A stretch of 64,000 bases of DNA, from positions 14,570,001 through 14,634,000 of the forward strand of contig OX597829.1 in assembly GCA_951406725.2 (NCBI GenBank), written 5' to 3'. The position numbers and the translations under genes were made by a program. This document shows positions 26,667-39,780 of this stretch, in pieces. The stretch's first letter is position 1. Each line of letters opens with the position of its first letter. The notes below the pieces were generated by a model. It saw nothing but the letters and a program-made list of their open reading frames with translations. It was not told where the DNA came from and did not search any database. The stretch comes from Octopus vulgaris. Taxonomy: Eukaryota.

Positions 26667-27124
26667 ATATATATATGTATATATACATATATATGTACAT
26701 ATACACACACATATATACACACATGTATATACATATACATACACGCACATGTATATATACACATGTACACACACATATATATATACGTAAAGCTAGAACA
26801 TCTCAATGCTACACACATATATCTGAACATTTGTAGAGAGAGCCACATTTGGAATAAAGAATTCAATCTCTCAACTTTATCTTCAAACATTCAGTTTTAG
26901 GGAGGACTCCTTGATGAAGTGTATATGTGCGCGCGCGCGTGTGTCTGTGTGTGAGCATGTTTCTGTGAGTGTGTGTGTGTGCGTGCGTGTGTGTTTGATT
27001 GGGAATATGTCCATGTTCATACTGTGTAACTTCGATCACGCCTTTTTCAATTCCATGATTTTGTGTTAGAGAACATTAGTACAACACTTACAAAACGCAC
27101 TGTCTCTGCTTTTCTTTCAAACAC

Positions 27125-27690
27125 TCAACTTTGGAGAGAATTTTTCGATGAAATGTAGTTCCATGTCCTTTCGATATTGCAGATCGTCCTGAATTTTCCG
27201 ACGCCGTATATTTCCAGATACTTTTTTAATGTAATATTGCGCAATTCTGCTTGTCGGATATGTTGCCTGTGTATTCTTGCACGTTGGCAGAGGGAATTAT
27301 TTGTTTCACCAATGTAATTTTCTTTGCATTTTGGGTAGGTAATGCAGTATATGAGATTTTGCGTTTTGAAGTTCTTATCTGCTTTTATTTTGAAAAAGGG
27401 ATCCACTCTTGAATTTTATGTGGGAACCACTTTCCAAGTATTTGAAGTTGTTGATATTGGTGCATATTCCACATCTCCTATCTCCACATTCTTTTACTAA
27501 GAATTCTGATTCATTCTCTGATTTGAATTCTGCCCTTGTGAGGTGTTTTTTCAAGACGTTTTTGTTGGCGTCTGCTATTCCGTAAGGTATTTTTTCAATC
27601 AAAGTTTTCATTTTGGGGCTTTGTAGGATAATAGGCAAGTTCGATTTTATGCCGTGAAAAAGATGTTGGTTATTCCAGTACTGTGTTATA
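27125..27690 (-). mobile_element. Degraded Penelope-like element, GIY-YIG endonuclease region
   Basis: ECGDRRCGIC and NLIYCITYPKCKENYIGETNNSLCQRARIHRQHIR, collinear with the C-terminus of ORF 35364-36731. Confidence 0.85.
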
Positions 27691-27707
27691 TACATACATA
27701 CATACAT

Positions 27708-27792
<85 letters not shown>

Positions 27793-27977
27793 GCCTGTGT
27801 GTGAATGTATGTACATAAGTTTATTTATATACTACAAAGGCGTTCACAAAGTTTTTGTCTACCAAAATCACTCTCAAGCATTTTGTCATCCTGGGTTATA
27901 ATAGATGTAACTTGCCCAAGATGAGGAGTGCAACTCGGTTGCAAATATTGTTTTTAACCACGCAGCCATCGCTGCGC

Positions 27978-28015
<38 letters not shown>

Positions 28016-28347
28016 GTGTGTGTGTGTGTGTGAGTGAATGTGTGTGTGTGAGTGTGTTTATATATGTGTATGTATAAGAATAAATATGTCTACATGAATG
28101 TGTACACATATCTACTTACACACACATATATATACATGCACACATGCACACAATCATACTTACACTTAAACACCCACCCACATTCACTCACATATATATG
28201 TCCCAACCTGCCTGGCTGATAAGCAGGTCGTCATTTCTTATTTATTGTAAAGTGATCTTCTGTTTCGATAAAATATTTAAACAAATAGTCGATGTAACTA
28301 GATCGATAACAACGATAATTGCTTAGAATAATAAATATATATATGTG

Positions 28348-28400
<53 letters not shown>

Positions 28401-28442
28401 GTATATACACATATATATATATATGTATGTATATAGACACAC

Positions 28443-28486
<44 letters not shown>

Positions 28487-28792
28487 ATAGACACACATAT
28501 ATATACACATATATATATATATGTATGTATATAGACACACACACACGCATACATACCTATGCTTATTCACTTGTATGTATGAATATATATATGTGTGCAA
28601 TATCCGTGTGTTTGTAATATGTACACGTGTATATATATATATATATACACACATACATACACACATACATGCATACATACATACATACATATACTCACAC
28701 ACTACACATACACATATACGTGATCATGCATGTTAGACGTGTCATAAATATGTATGTATATTTCCACTCTTACACACACGCGCGCGCATATA

Positions 28793-29205
28793 TACTCTTT
28801 ACTCTTTTACTCTTTTACTTGTTTCAGTCATTTGACTGCGGCCATGCTGGAGCACCGCCTTTAATCGAGCAACTCGACCCCGGGACTTATTCTTTTGTAA
28901 GCCCAGTACTTATTCTATCGGTCTCTTTTGCCGAACCGCTAAGTAACGGGGACATAAACACACCAGCATCGGTTGTCAAGCAATGCTAGATGGAACAAAC
29001 AGAGGCACACAAACACATATACACACATATATATATATATATACATATATACGACAGGCTTCTTTCAGTTTCCGTCTACCAAATCCACTCACAAGGCATT
29101 GGTCGGCCCGGGGCTATAGCAGAAGACACTTGCCCAAGATGCCACGCAGCGGGACTGAACCCGGAACCATGTGGTTGGTAAACAAGCTACTTACCACACA
29201 GCCAC
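28793..29205 (-). mobile_element. SINE family A, near-complete copy (diverged + strand copy adjacent at ~29210-29500)
   Basis: Homology to the other family A copies. Confidence 0.9.
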
Positions 29206-29687
29206 ATTCAGGATGTGACTAAAAGGTTAGTTTCCCAACCGCGAATTGCCGGCTCCGATCAAAGCCTCGTGAGTGAATTTGGTAGACGGAAACTGAAAGA
29301 ATCTTGTGGAAAGAATCCTTATGTGTGTACCCTACCACACCTTGACAAGCGTTGTTGGTGCGTTTATGTCCCCGTAACTTAGCGGTTCAGTAAAAGCGAC
29401 CGTTTGAATAAGTACCAGGATTACATAATTGCCTGGATCGATTCTTTCGGCAAAAATTCTTTAAGGCGGTGTCCCAGCATGGCCGTAATTTAATGACTGA
29501 GACTATTTATATATATATGTGCGTGTGTGTGTGCCTGTGCGTGCGTGTGTGCGTGTGTGTGTGTGGGGGAGTATTGCTACAGATTTACTATCGAAATTAT
29601 AGCCAGCGCTGATTTGTTATGTTTCGTATCCGATTACGTGTAATTTAAACAGTGCAATTAAAGATAGAAAAATAAGTAATGGGTGTT

Positions 29688-29916
29688 CAGTAACCTCTCG
29701 TCATATCGCGGTTCAGCCATCGCAGTTTATTATTTAAGCTTACGTCGATTTCTCTGTGCCGTTGTTTTGCATTTATAATATATATATATATAAATTATAA
29801 AAATAATAAAAAGACATATACAATACAGTACTGTTTCTGCTTCGCGAATTTTCACCTATCGTGGGGTGGTGGTGGTGGTTTGGAACGTAACATCCGCGAT
29901 AATCGAGGGATTACTG
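29688..29916. mobile_element. Tigger/pogo-like MITE
   Basis: Imperfect TIRs CAGTAACCTCTCG..TATCGCGG / CCGCGATAATCGAGGGATTACTG followed by TA. Confidence 0.6.
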
Positions 29917-31169
29917 TATATGCATATTTCAGTAGCTCTTGCTCCTTCTTCAGTATCACAATCGCCACTAACACCGACGTTGCTATTATCATGTAAACAA
30001 GAAAATTTCTACTTTCATCATTCCTTTTGTGTGAGCTATTCGATGTCGCTATGGCAGCAATGAGAACGTAGAATTAGCGGATCTAGTTGGCTTTTATCGC
30101 CTACATGTCCTTAAAAGTGAAATAAAATGAGCCAACATTAGAGTCTATACGGACGACAGTCTAAGAGTCGTATATTATGTAACAAATTTAGTTAACTTAA
30201 CGTAAAACTATAATTAATCCTAACTTCAAAGAAATTAATTTCCGAAACATTAATATGAAACTTAGTACAGACAAATTTTAAATCCTACCATAAACCATGT
30301 TTGTACAAAACTCATGTAGACATAATCTGTAACCAACCACCATCTATAATCAAAGAGTTAGTGAATACTATTACTAAGCTTGTTTCCAAGCTGGTGGAGC
30401 TTTTTTCTAAAAGGCAGGTTTTCCGGCCTGAGCGTATAGTATATGTACCCGCTAGGCTGCTAACTATTTAACTAATACAAGACCGTTTCACATCGCAGTT
30501 TAGACTTCTATTCATGGTTGAATAGGGCTACACAACAAAATCAAAGTGCTGCATATAAGGAACTTCCCCAAAAGTCAAAACTGTTGGCACGACTAGTATG
30601 CTAAAGTTCAGTTTTGGAGGTAGAAGTGAGAAAATAAAATAGACATGAAATAGGTATTTTATTTGTTTATTTATTATAAATAACAACAAAAACTAGCATA
30701 TGAATAAAATAATTCATAACTGAAATTTTTTGCAAATTTTCACCGGGAGCTCACGGTGGATGTCATGTCAGGATGGGCCCATGCGTTTAAAGGGTTAAGA
30801 AAAGCATAGCGTATATTGAACCAAACGTACATAAACTAAAAAGATGAAGAAAGGGGAAAATATGGTGTAATCCGCCATACTGCATGAATGCAGCTACAAA
30901 TATAGCTATATAATTTTTGAAACACATAGGCATCCACTCCCCACACTGGGTTAAACCAAAGGCTTTATATGCAGAAGAAAGTTCCTGAGAAGTTCCTGAG
31001 TGGTCGCTACTATTGCAGCATCATCTGCAAAAAGTAGATCACGAATGATACTGGCGCGTAGCAGTGTTCTGGCTTTGAATTGCTGATGATTGAATAGACC
31101 ACCACTTGTTCAAAACTGGAATTTGACACCATTTGTATGCCAGCAAAAGCATACCTTAGCATCACTGAA

Positions 31170-33355
31170 ATCTCTCTTTCCCCGTCTGTCTTGATAGACA
31201 ATGGGTTGCGCCAAGGGTGGGGCCTACTTTGATGATGTGCAGCGTCTGCTGTGACTGAACAGTCCAATTCTAGAGTGGCAGTCCTTGGTACATTTGCTGC
31301 ACACGAACATCGATGGGTACGTGTGGGGTGTTGCTGCAGTTGTCCTCCTCCTGTCCCGCCTGTCCAACCACAGCTGTGCTCTCCTCTCCTCAGCCATGGA
31401 AACGCCTTTCCTCACCGTCCGACGCCAGGCAGAGCGGTCAGCAGCTGTTTCCTCCCACGTGTCCACACAGATGTTGGCAGTCCTCAGGTCAGGTCGCGCT
31501 TGCACACGTCCCTGTATCGTAGCTGTGGACGTCCCTTGGGTCGGGATCCCGTGGTGAGTTCGCTGTACAAGATGTCTTTAGGCATGCGACCGTCCTGCAT
31601 GCGGCAGACGTGTCCGAGCCAGCGCAGTCGTCTCCGCACGAGGAGGGCATACATGCTTGGCATATTAGTCTGTTCCAGGATGACTCCGTTTGGTACTCGG
31701 TCCTTCCAGGAGATGCCAAGGATCCGTCGAAGACACCGAATGTGGAAGGCGGCATTCCTGCCGGGTGTATGTTGTCCAGCTCTTGCTGCCGTAGAGTAGG
31801 GTGCTCAGCACGCAGGCTCGGTACACTGCGATCTTAGTGGTTATTGTGAGCATGTTGTTTTCCCACACTCTCCTGGGGAGCTTAGCCATGGCAGCAGCAG
31901 CCCTCCCAGTCCGTCTGTTCAGCTCCGGCTCGAGGGACAGGCTGCTGGAGACCGTCGATCCCAGGTAAGTGAACTCGTTCACCACCTGCAAGCTGTGGTC
32001 GCCGACACTGATGCTGGGGATCCCTCCGACACCCTGGCCCATAATCTCTGTCTTTTTCAGGCCGATGGTAAGGCCGAACTCTTGGCAGGCATCCGCCAGG
32101 GAGCTGACCAGCCTCTGGAAACCCGGTTGGTTGTGTGATGTTAGGGCGGCATCGTCAGCCCCTCCCTGCTGACTGAGCCTGGCATCACTGAAAAGTGCAA
32201 ACTAAATAGGGGCCAATCACAACCTTGCTTTGTGCCGATTGTAACGTCGAAGGAAGCCGAAGATCCCCCTCCGGACATGACAGTAGCTTTCATTTCATCA
32301 TGAAAGGAGATGATAACATTCAACATCTTGTCAGATATACCAAGCTTTTTCAGAACTTTCCATAGTGCTTGACGTGTTGAAGGCCTTAGTAAGGTCAAAG
32401 AATATCAAGAACAACTCTTGATTTTTCTCACGTATCTTCACTATGACCTTCCGGAGTGAAAAGATCATGTCGATAGTGCCACGACCACTGCGATGTCCAC
32501 ACTGGGATTCTGGATAGATATCATTTACGTGTTTGATAATCCTGTGAAGAATGAGTCGAGCAAGAATCTTACCAGCAATAGACAGAAGCGATATTCTACA
32601 ATGGTTATCACAGACAATTCTGTTTCCTTTGTTCTTATAAAGATGTTGAATTGAGGCATCTTGAAGTCCTGTGAAACACAACCTCCCATTCAAATGTTTA
32701 TGAAGGGGTCATGCAGTATCTTAAATAGCTTCTGTCCACCATATTTATAGATTTCAGGAGAGACAGCATCCCTGCCAGGTGCTTTTCGAGGTGAGGTCTG
32801 ATTAATAGTTTACCACTTCCAGGAAGGTTGGTTCCACAGTGCTGTGTAATAGACATTATGTCATCATCATTAGTGACTGAGGCGGAATTCGAAGTGATCT
32901 TTCCATCGTTTCAGGATGTCAGATTCATCAGTCAACAGTGTCTCTCTATTCGATGAAAAAATAAGAGTAACGCAATGCTGTTGAGGACGATAGACCTTCT
33001 TAAAGCCATCATTAAAAAGCTTTAGAATCCATTCTCTATGCAGCTTCTTGGAGTTCTGTAGTCCCTCCTTCACATGTCTCAGAGCACGTTGGACCTGTCC
33101 TCTGCATTTCTTGTCGGCATTCTCTTTTCTGGATGAGCTCTTATCATTTGTCCATGGTTTGTGCATTTTATCTATTAATTGTTGGACATCTGTGTTGTTA
33201 TCGCTGAACCAATTTTGATGTTTACGAACAGGAAGTCCAAGAATCTCTAGAGATGCGGAGTGCGTTGCATCATGCAGAGCCTTCAAGAATGATTCTATCT
33301 CATCATTGATACCAACAGTGTAAAGTGCAGTGTTCATCTTGATAGTGAGCTGAAA
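31170..33355 (-). mobile_element. Degraded RTE-BovB-like LINE (RT and C-terminal zinc finger)
   Basis: YKNKGNRIVCDNHCRISLLSIAGKILAR, PESQCGHRSGRGTIDMIF, FDLTKAF, GTKQGC, ADDAAL, FTYLGS, CSKCTKDCHSRIGLFSH; many frameshifts. Confidence 0.9.
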
Positions 33356-33404
33356 AAATCTTTGAAAATCTGAAAAAATCCTGTTCTCTCTCTCTCTCAC
33401 TCTC

Positions 33405-33481
<77 letters not shown>

Positions 33482-34334
33482 GCGTGTGTGTGTGTGAATG
33501 TTGTTTGTGTACATATATCGATGTGTGAGTATCTGATTTTGTCCCTCCATCCCCGCTTAACAAGTGGTGTTGGTGTGTTTACGTCTTCCTAAATTAGCAT
33601 AAAAAAACAAACTAACAAACAAAAGAAAACATAAGATATATTCTAGGTTTAAGAAATATGTCCTAAAGTTGGTTTCATCGAGTAAAAACGCTTGAATGAT
33701 GTGCTCCAACATGGCCGAAAGCAAATGACTGAAAGAAGTAAAAGAATAAAAGAATATATATAAATAAATATATAAATTATAATTAGGGTTCAGTTAACTA
33801 CTTCACCCACATACCCAAATTAGAAAGAGGAGTCAAAAAATTTCTTTTCTACTACTATACCATGACGGTAAACATACTTTTTTACGAAGGCAAAGAGAAA
33901 AGCAATGAATCAATACGACCAGGATTAACTATATACGCGTTTTGAGATTAAAGTAATTTATGTTTTACATACTTCTCTCTTCAGTATGATATTTCCAATT
34001 TTCATGAAATTTGAAAGTGCTATGACACGAATATGCACACGATCGAGCGACATTATGTAACAGATATCCAACCAACACTTCCAAATTTTACAGAGCCGAA
34101 TGTGAATACACTATTCAAATTCCATAACCACGTGTATGCTACGAGCAATACCGCAGAAAACTAGAGTATTCTATCATGGAGAAAATTATAATTTTAAATT
34201 AATAATAGAAGGGTAAAATTTATTAATCAAATTAATTAATTAATTAATTAATTAATCAATTAATTAACAATTTTACCAAGTAGATCGGTGCGTTAAAATA
34301 AACTTTATAGGTAAAATTATCCACACAGACACTC

Positions 34335-34385
<51 letters not shown>

Positions 34386-34386
34386 C

Positions 34387-34447
<61 letters not shown>

Positions 34448-34637
34448 TATATATTGCCTATATTACGATATATACATATATATTATATATATTATATATA
34501 TCTACCTATATACATATCTGTAATGTATCTGTATATTATATATATATATATATATGTACATATACATACCATTTGTATACTAAATACGTTATATTTTATA
34601 TAGATTGTATATATTGTTTATAATATATCTATGATAT

Positions 34638-34695
<58 letters not shown>

Positions 34696-34824
34696 TAAAA
34701 GGAATTCCAACCTTGTCTGATTTTCACGTTTTATTTACAATCTTATAATGATATATTATAAGATAATATATTATAATTGAATAAAATAAAATGAAATAGT
34801 AGAATGTTAAATGTTCATTCTGAT

Positions 34825-34869
34825 TGAACTAGTACTTTCATGCATTGAATTCTGCAATCTTCGGGTTCA
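34825..34869 (-). ncRNA. Minimal type I hammerhead ribozyme motif in the PLE 3' terminus
   Basis: Minus strand TGAAC-CCGAAGA-TTGCA GAATTCAA TGCAT-GAAA-GTAC-TA-GTTCA: 5-bp helix I, core with U4C, 4-bp helix II, palindromic helix III. Confidence 0.7.
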
Positions 34870-35363
34870 TGTAGTAGTGTTGACAGTCATGCTTCACAAT
34901 TTTTGACTGTAGCAAGATGATTGATTCTGTGCTATAAATACAGCTGGGTAGGCTCCAGAGTGCTAGGTTTTGCAAACTGTATTCTGACCAATCAGTGTGT
35001 AGTATCACTCAATTACTTAAGCTGATTGGTTGGTTGAGCTGATTGGTTTAGGCATCACGCTTTGTTGGACATGTCAAGAGTCCTGTATCTTGACCCTGGC
35101 CGAAGCAGCAATTGTTGGGTTATTTTTAGAAATGTTGTAAATATCCTTTGTCAGAGATTTTTATATTTTTATATTTCAATTGTCATCATCATCATTGTCA
35201 GCACCTTAATTATTGTTGCTAGTGGTGATGGTGGTGGCAATAGAACTTTTAACCCTAAATAAGATAATTTTCCTGCTATCTTCATATTGAACCCCTTTAG
35301 TATTGTTGTTGTTGTTAGTGGTCATGGTCGTAGCAGTGGAAGTAATACCCCTAAGTATTATTA

Positions 35364-36731
35364 TTATTGTTTATTTAGCTTGGGTTCGAATTTATCAATA
35401 AAATTCTTTTCTCTGATTCTCCTCTCGATTTCACTTGGGCTGTGTAATTTGTAGAACGGAAATATTATATACATTTTCCGGCCACATATTGCTAGGTGGT
35501 TACTCAAAGGTATCTGACGGACCTCTGGGTCTCTAATCTGTTGCCGGTGTACACGTGAGCGTTCTAATAGTGCGTTTCCCGTCTGACCTACATATATTTC
35601 TTCACAATTTGGGCATTTGATGCAGTAAATTAAATTTCTGCTTTTGCAGTTCATATTCGCGTTTGTGAATATTTTCCCGGTTTTTGTGTTTATATATTGA
35701 CCGGTATGTATGAATTGGCATGTGCCACATCGGCTATCATTGCATTTAGATACCGTGAATGTTCGGTCTTTGTTGCTAAGGTCAAATTTTGCCTTTGTTA
35801 GTAATGTTTTCAAGTTTTTAGGCTGTCTTTTACTAAGCACCATAGCTCGATCCGTGATTATGTCTTTTAATTCATTACTTTGGGCAATGATTGGTAGGTT
35901 TGCTTTGGCAATGTTGAAGATATTCTGGTGACATGGGTTGTGTGTCACTATGAATGGTATGACTTGTTCTTGTTTTCCTCTTCCTTGGGTTGTCCTAAGT
36001 TGTTGTATGGGTATTTTTATAGCCCGCTGTATGCCATTTTCTATAAGTAGAGATGGGTATTTTTGTTTGAGCAAAAATTCTCTTAGTTCTATTAGGCGTT
36101 TGTTCCTGATATTTGCATCTTCTACAATGGTACAAATTCTTCTGGCTAGGCAGTATGGGATGTTACGTTTTGTATGTGGTGGATGGCACGACTTAAAATT
36201 TAGGTATTGATGTGTGTCTGTGTGTTTATAGTATATATCTGTGGTGATGGTGGTGTCTTTTTTAATTACCATTATATCTAGGAATGGTAATTTGGTACTA
36301 CTCATCTCCTTTGTAAATTGGAGAGATGGGTGTAGGTTGTTCAGGAGGATATTGAACTCTTCCAGAGTATTTATAGATTCTGTCCAGATTATGAAGCAGT
36401 CGTCTATGTATCTCTTCCATGCCTTTTCAATATACTTTCTAAATCCAGTGCCATAGTTTACCTCCACCTCTTGGTAGAGTTGTTGTTCTAAGTATCCCAT
36501 TACAGAGTTGGCGTAAACGGGAGCAAACCTCGTTCCCATCGCCGTGCCTCTAATTTGGATGTAATTCTTTCCATTGAAGAAGAATGTGTTATTTTCTAGA
36601 ATAAGTTTGACTGTGTCTAATATAAATGGCACTGTGAATCTGCTGGGAATCACTTCTCTATGTTTTTCTAACCAGTATTTAATCGCCTTTATTCCTAAAT
36701 CGTGTGGAATATTGGTGTAGAGGCTTACCAC
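35364..36731 (-). CDS. Penelope-like reverse transcriptase + GIY-YIG endonuclease (N-terminally truncated; frame continues upstream to ~36800)
   Basis: SFDVVSLYTNIP, QIRGTAMGTRFAPVYAN, RYIDD, LPFLD, YYKHT, NLIYCIKCPNCEEIYVGQT; no internal stops in 455 codons; no authentic start codon. Confidence 0.9.
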   Translation of the reverse strand: MVSLYTNIPHDLGIKAIKYWLEKHREVIPSRFTVPFILDTVKLILENNTFFFNGKNYIQIRGTAMGTRFAPVYANSVMGYLEQQLYQEVEVNYGTGFRKYIEKAWKRYIDDCFIIWTESINTLEEFNILLNNLHPSLQFTKEMSSTKLPFLDIMVIKKDTTITTDIYYKHTDTHQYLNFKSCHPPHTKRNIPYCLARRICTIVEDANIRNKRLIELREFLLKQKYPSLLIENGIQRAIKIPIQQLRTTQGRGKQEQVIPFIVTHNPCHQNIFNIAKANLPIIAQSNELKDIITDRAMVLSKRQPKNLKTLLTKAKFDLSNKDRTFTVSKCNDSRCGTCQFIHTGQYINTKTGKIFTNANMNCKSRNLIYCIKCPNCEEIYVGQTGNALLERSRVHRQQIRDPEVRQIPLSNHLAICGRKMYIIFPFYKLHSPSEIERRIREKNFIDKFEPKLNKQ

Positions 36732-37985
36732 ATCAAAACTTAGTAAAACTGAATTTGTTTCTGTTGTTTTGGGAAGATGGGACAGGAAGTCGATGTCATC
36801 CCTGTATATATATACATTATTTATATATGATATACATACATTATATATATATGTTACAGATATACATTATGTATATCGGTATGCAAGTGTATCTGTGTGT
36901 ATTTAGTTAGTTTTGACACACACATGTAATTTTTTCATCATGTTAAACTGCTAATCCAGACACACTTTCGCTCACTCCATTTTCTTTTTTTTCTCTGTCT
37001 CTTTTACTCTCTTTTTGTGTCCCTTTCTCTCTCTCTTTCTGTTTGCCTGCCTGTCTCCCTCTGTCCATTGCTTTCTTCTAACTCTTTTCTGTCGAGTGGC
37101 GTAGGTTCGAAGCGTCAAGGAATTTTTCATTCTTCCGTAGCGTGAAACAAATACACTTGCCGGATGTCCCCTCAGCTGTTGTTGTGCTTTGTTTTCTGTA
37201 CATTTGAACCACACACGCACACTCACACACACATATACACACACACACACTCACACATACACTCCACCACAACACACGCACATACACAAACACACACACA
37301 TATAATTACTCAATTCAAATAAACGAATAATACAATTATGTATTAGCTTGACGCTTGATAAAGAGAGAGTTTGACGTTTCGTGCATAGCTCTCCGTCGGA
37401 AAGGAGAAAGGGAAAAGTCCAAAGAAGGAAAAGTAATCTCCAACAGCAGGTATGTAGTTGGGTTGCTGAAGCATTCATAAATAATTGAGGAATCAATTAA
37501 ATATTTGTTATATTCTTATAAGTTTTCTCACGTAAACTAAATCCCTTCAGTCAAGTGTAACCTTCTGTATTCTCAGCTAAAATTGAGGCGAGAGTCAACC
37601 CTTCCATGACTAAATGTGTAGACTGCTTACATGAAACCGTTGGTTTCCTAGTTAGCCCACAAACAATATATACACGTGTGTATGTGTGTGTGTGTTAATT
37701 AAGAATTGTTTAGAAAAACTCTTAAAATTCATTAAGAACTTAGGTCCCTTCATCTCTCCGGAGAACGAGTAGAGAGTAATATTTTTTCTGGACTTTATAT
37801 TGGATCTTCGTGCCAGTCTCTATTATATATACTGCAAACCAAATAGGAACCTGTAATACGTGAAAATCAAGCCACACAAACGCAATTACCGTGGCTATAG
37901 TTAAGGGCATTTCACGTAGCATTTCTAGACTTTCGCAAATGAAAAAATATTGAGACAGAATGACACATACTATAATTTACTTTAG

Positions 37986-38176
37986 GCAGGCTGATTATAC
38001 TGATGAAATTCAAAGTATTCCCGATGGGGATATTAAAAGGTTACATAAAGTAGATATATATAAGTGGATGACTGTTGATAGAGGCCATGGTGATAATAGA
38101 AAAAATATCAAGATATACGATTTTGATAGTAAGATAATTATTGGTTACAAGAAATGCAGTGCAGTCTGGATACCAG
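37986..38176 (+). other. Candidate internal coding exon of an unidentified host gene
   Basis: TTTACTTTAG acceptor, CAG|GTAATA donor, open frame QADYTDEIQSIPDGDIKRLHKVDIYKWMTVDRGHGDNRKNIKIYDFDSKIIIGYKKCSAVWIP in non-repetitive DNA; no family recognised. Confidence 0.3.
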
Positions 38177-38289
38177 GTAATAATCAAAACCTCTAAATAG
38201 CAGAAAGAACAGTGCACGAATCTGTGAAAATCTGTAATTAATCAGATCATTCTAGCCCCCGGGTAAAAGACAGGTAATAATAGTAATAG

Positions 38290-38827
38290 ATGCAGCACCA
38301 GGCGGTGGCTGTCATGGCTTTTGATCTTAACTGATTGGAAGTGTTATCATGCACATTGTTTTGCTTTGGTATAAAAAATGGTCTACAGCAAATATTCTGC
38401 TCAATACCTCAAATTTTTGCTTGACCTTAATTAGTTGAGCCTGTCCTTTAACAGCTGGCGATATGTGCATCTCTGATCATGTGCAGAAGTAGTGGCGGGG
38501 AAGCATCATAGCCATGTGTTGAGAGGGATTCTTTGGAGTTTGAATAAGTCACCTCTGGGAACATGGGTGTTTCGTACAACGTCCGTAAACAACCCTTATT
38601 CAGGGAGCTTTTGAGCGGGTTGGGATATTCGACCTGAATAAAATTCTAATTGGATAACAACAGCAAGTTTATGCGCTTTTTATCTTGATATGAAACGATG
38701 TCACGCACATGTGGTTGTGATGTATGTGCCTGGTGTACACTTATCAGACTGGTAGTCATGATGGGTATACTGGGCTTCGTATATTTTATCCCAGTGTCTC
38801 TTTAGTGGTATGTACTGCTCTCTGACT

Positions 38828-38886
<59 letters not shown>
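38290..38886 (+). mobile_element. Dispersed repeat with (TAA)n tail, homolog of 9425-9980
   Basis: Reverse-complement similarity along ~540 bp, ends in TAATAATAA. Confidence 0.7.
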
Positions 38887-38888
<2 letters not shown>

Positions 38889-39239
38889 GCTCAGACCTTA
38901 AGATACCCACCCGGAGACCTTGAAATATTCACCCCGAGACCTTAAAATGTCAGGTTGGCGTCTTGCGGGAGTTAACTCATGGGCTGAAGATGCTCCTTTA
39001 GCCTTGGTCAGCAACCTCTCTGGAAATAGTGTCTCAATAAAAACAGCGGTGGTTGTGTCATTTCATCACCAGCATCCTCATGAATGAAGATGTGAAATAC
39101 AAATGTATTAAACAATGGTGTGAATGAGTTCGGAACTGAAAACAGTGTATACGATGTTAGGTGTGGACCATGTGAACCTTCGTTATCAACCCATAGGGAA
39201 GGTGTCACCGTAAAAATATTTGTAATTGCACAACCTTGC

Positions 39240-39780
39240 AAATGCTAAAAGAGTGATATCAAAATGAAAATAATAAGACCGGAAGTGTTAACAGTGAAGG
39301 TGTCGTGCACGGCAGGCAAGGAGTGTCTGATCAAGCTCCAGTAGGTCTGATGACCTAATGGAGCTTGATCGGGACCAGAATCGAAGTTAAAAGTGTAAAA
39401 ACAAATTTTAAAAAATGAAATGGGAGAAAAAGATAAAGAAGATTGTAATAGAATGCTGGTGAGAAGTGAATCAAATAAAAGGGGTTTTTATGAAACGAAT
39501 GAAGAGAATATGGGATGAAATAAGAGTTTTTGAATCATCCGCCCAGAGATTGATATAGCAAGTAAGGGGGAATTTTATAAGACTTTTGGATTACAGGATT
39601 AGAGGCGGAAGAAATTCAGAGAAGAATAAAAACTGAACAAGAAAAGTGTGAAACAACAATAAGAGAAAGTGGTAACGAAGGGGTAAGATATGAAGAACAT
39701 GAAAAAGAAGGAAATCACTATGTGTCTAAGATTGCTAATGAAGTAAATAATGAAGATGATTTAGTTGGATAAGTTGCAGT
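39240..39780 (+). mobile_element. Degraded N-terminal fragment of an R4/Dong-like retrotransposon
   Basis: FMKRMKRIWDEIRVFESSAQRLI.QVR resembles the RGYRKRMxxIW...EQRLADQxR motif. Confidence 0.45.

Larger units (their letters stand above)
34700..36803 (-). mobile_element. 5'-truncated Penelope-like element inserted in (TA)n
   Basis: Open RT + GIY-YIG frame followed by ~660 bp of 3' non-coding sequence carrying a hammerhead motif; TA microsatellite on both sides. Confidence 0.9.

Noticed and set aside
30720-30798. Possible piggyBac end (..AAAGGG-TTAA)
   Set aside because: No matching opposite terminus or transposase remnant found; too weak to call
39347-39400. CTGATGA as a hammerhead core
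   Set aside because: Sits in a hairpin loop with no correctly placed helix II-GAAA-helix III
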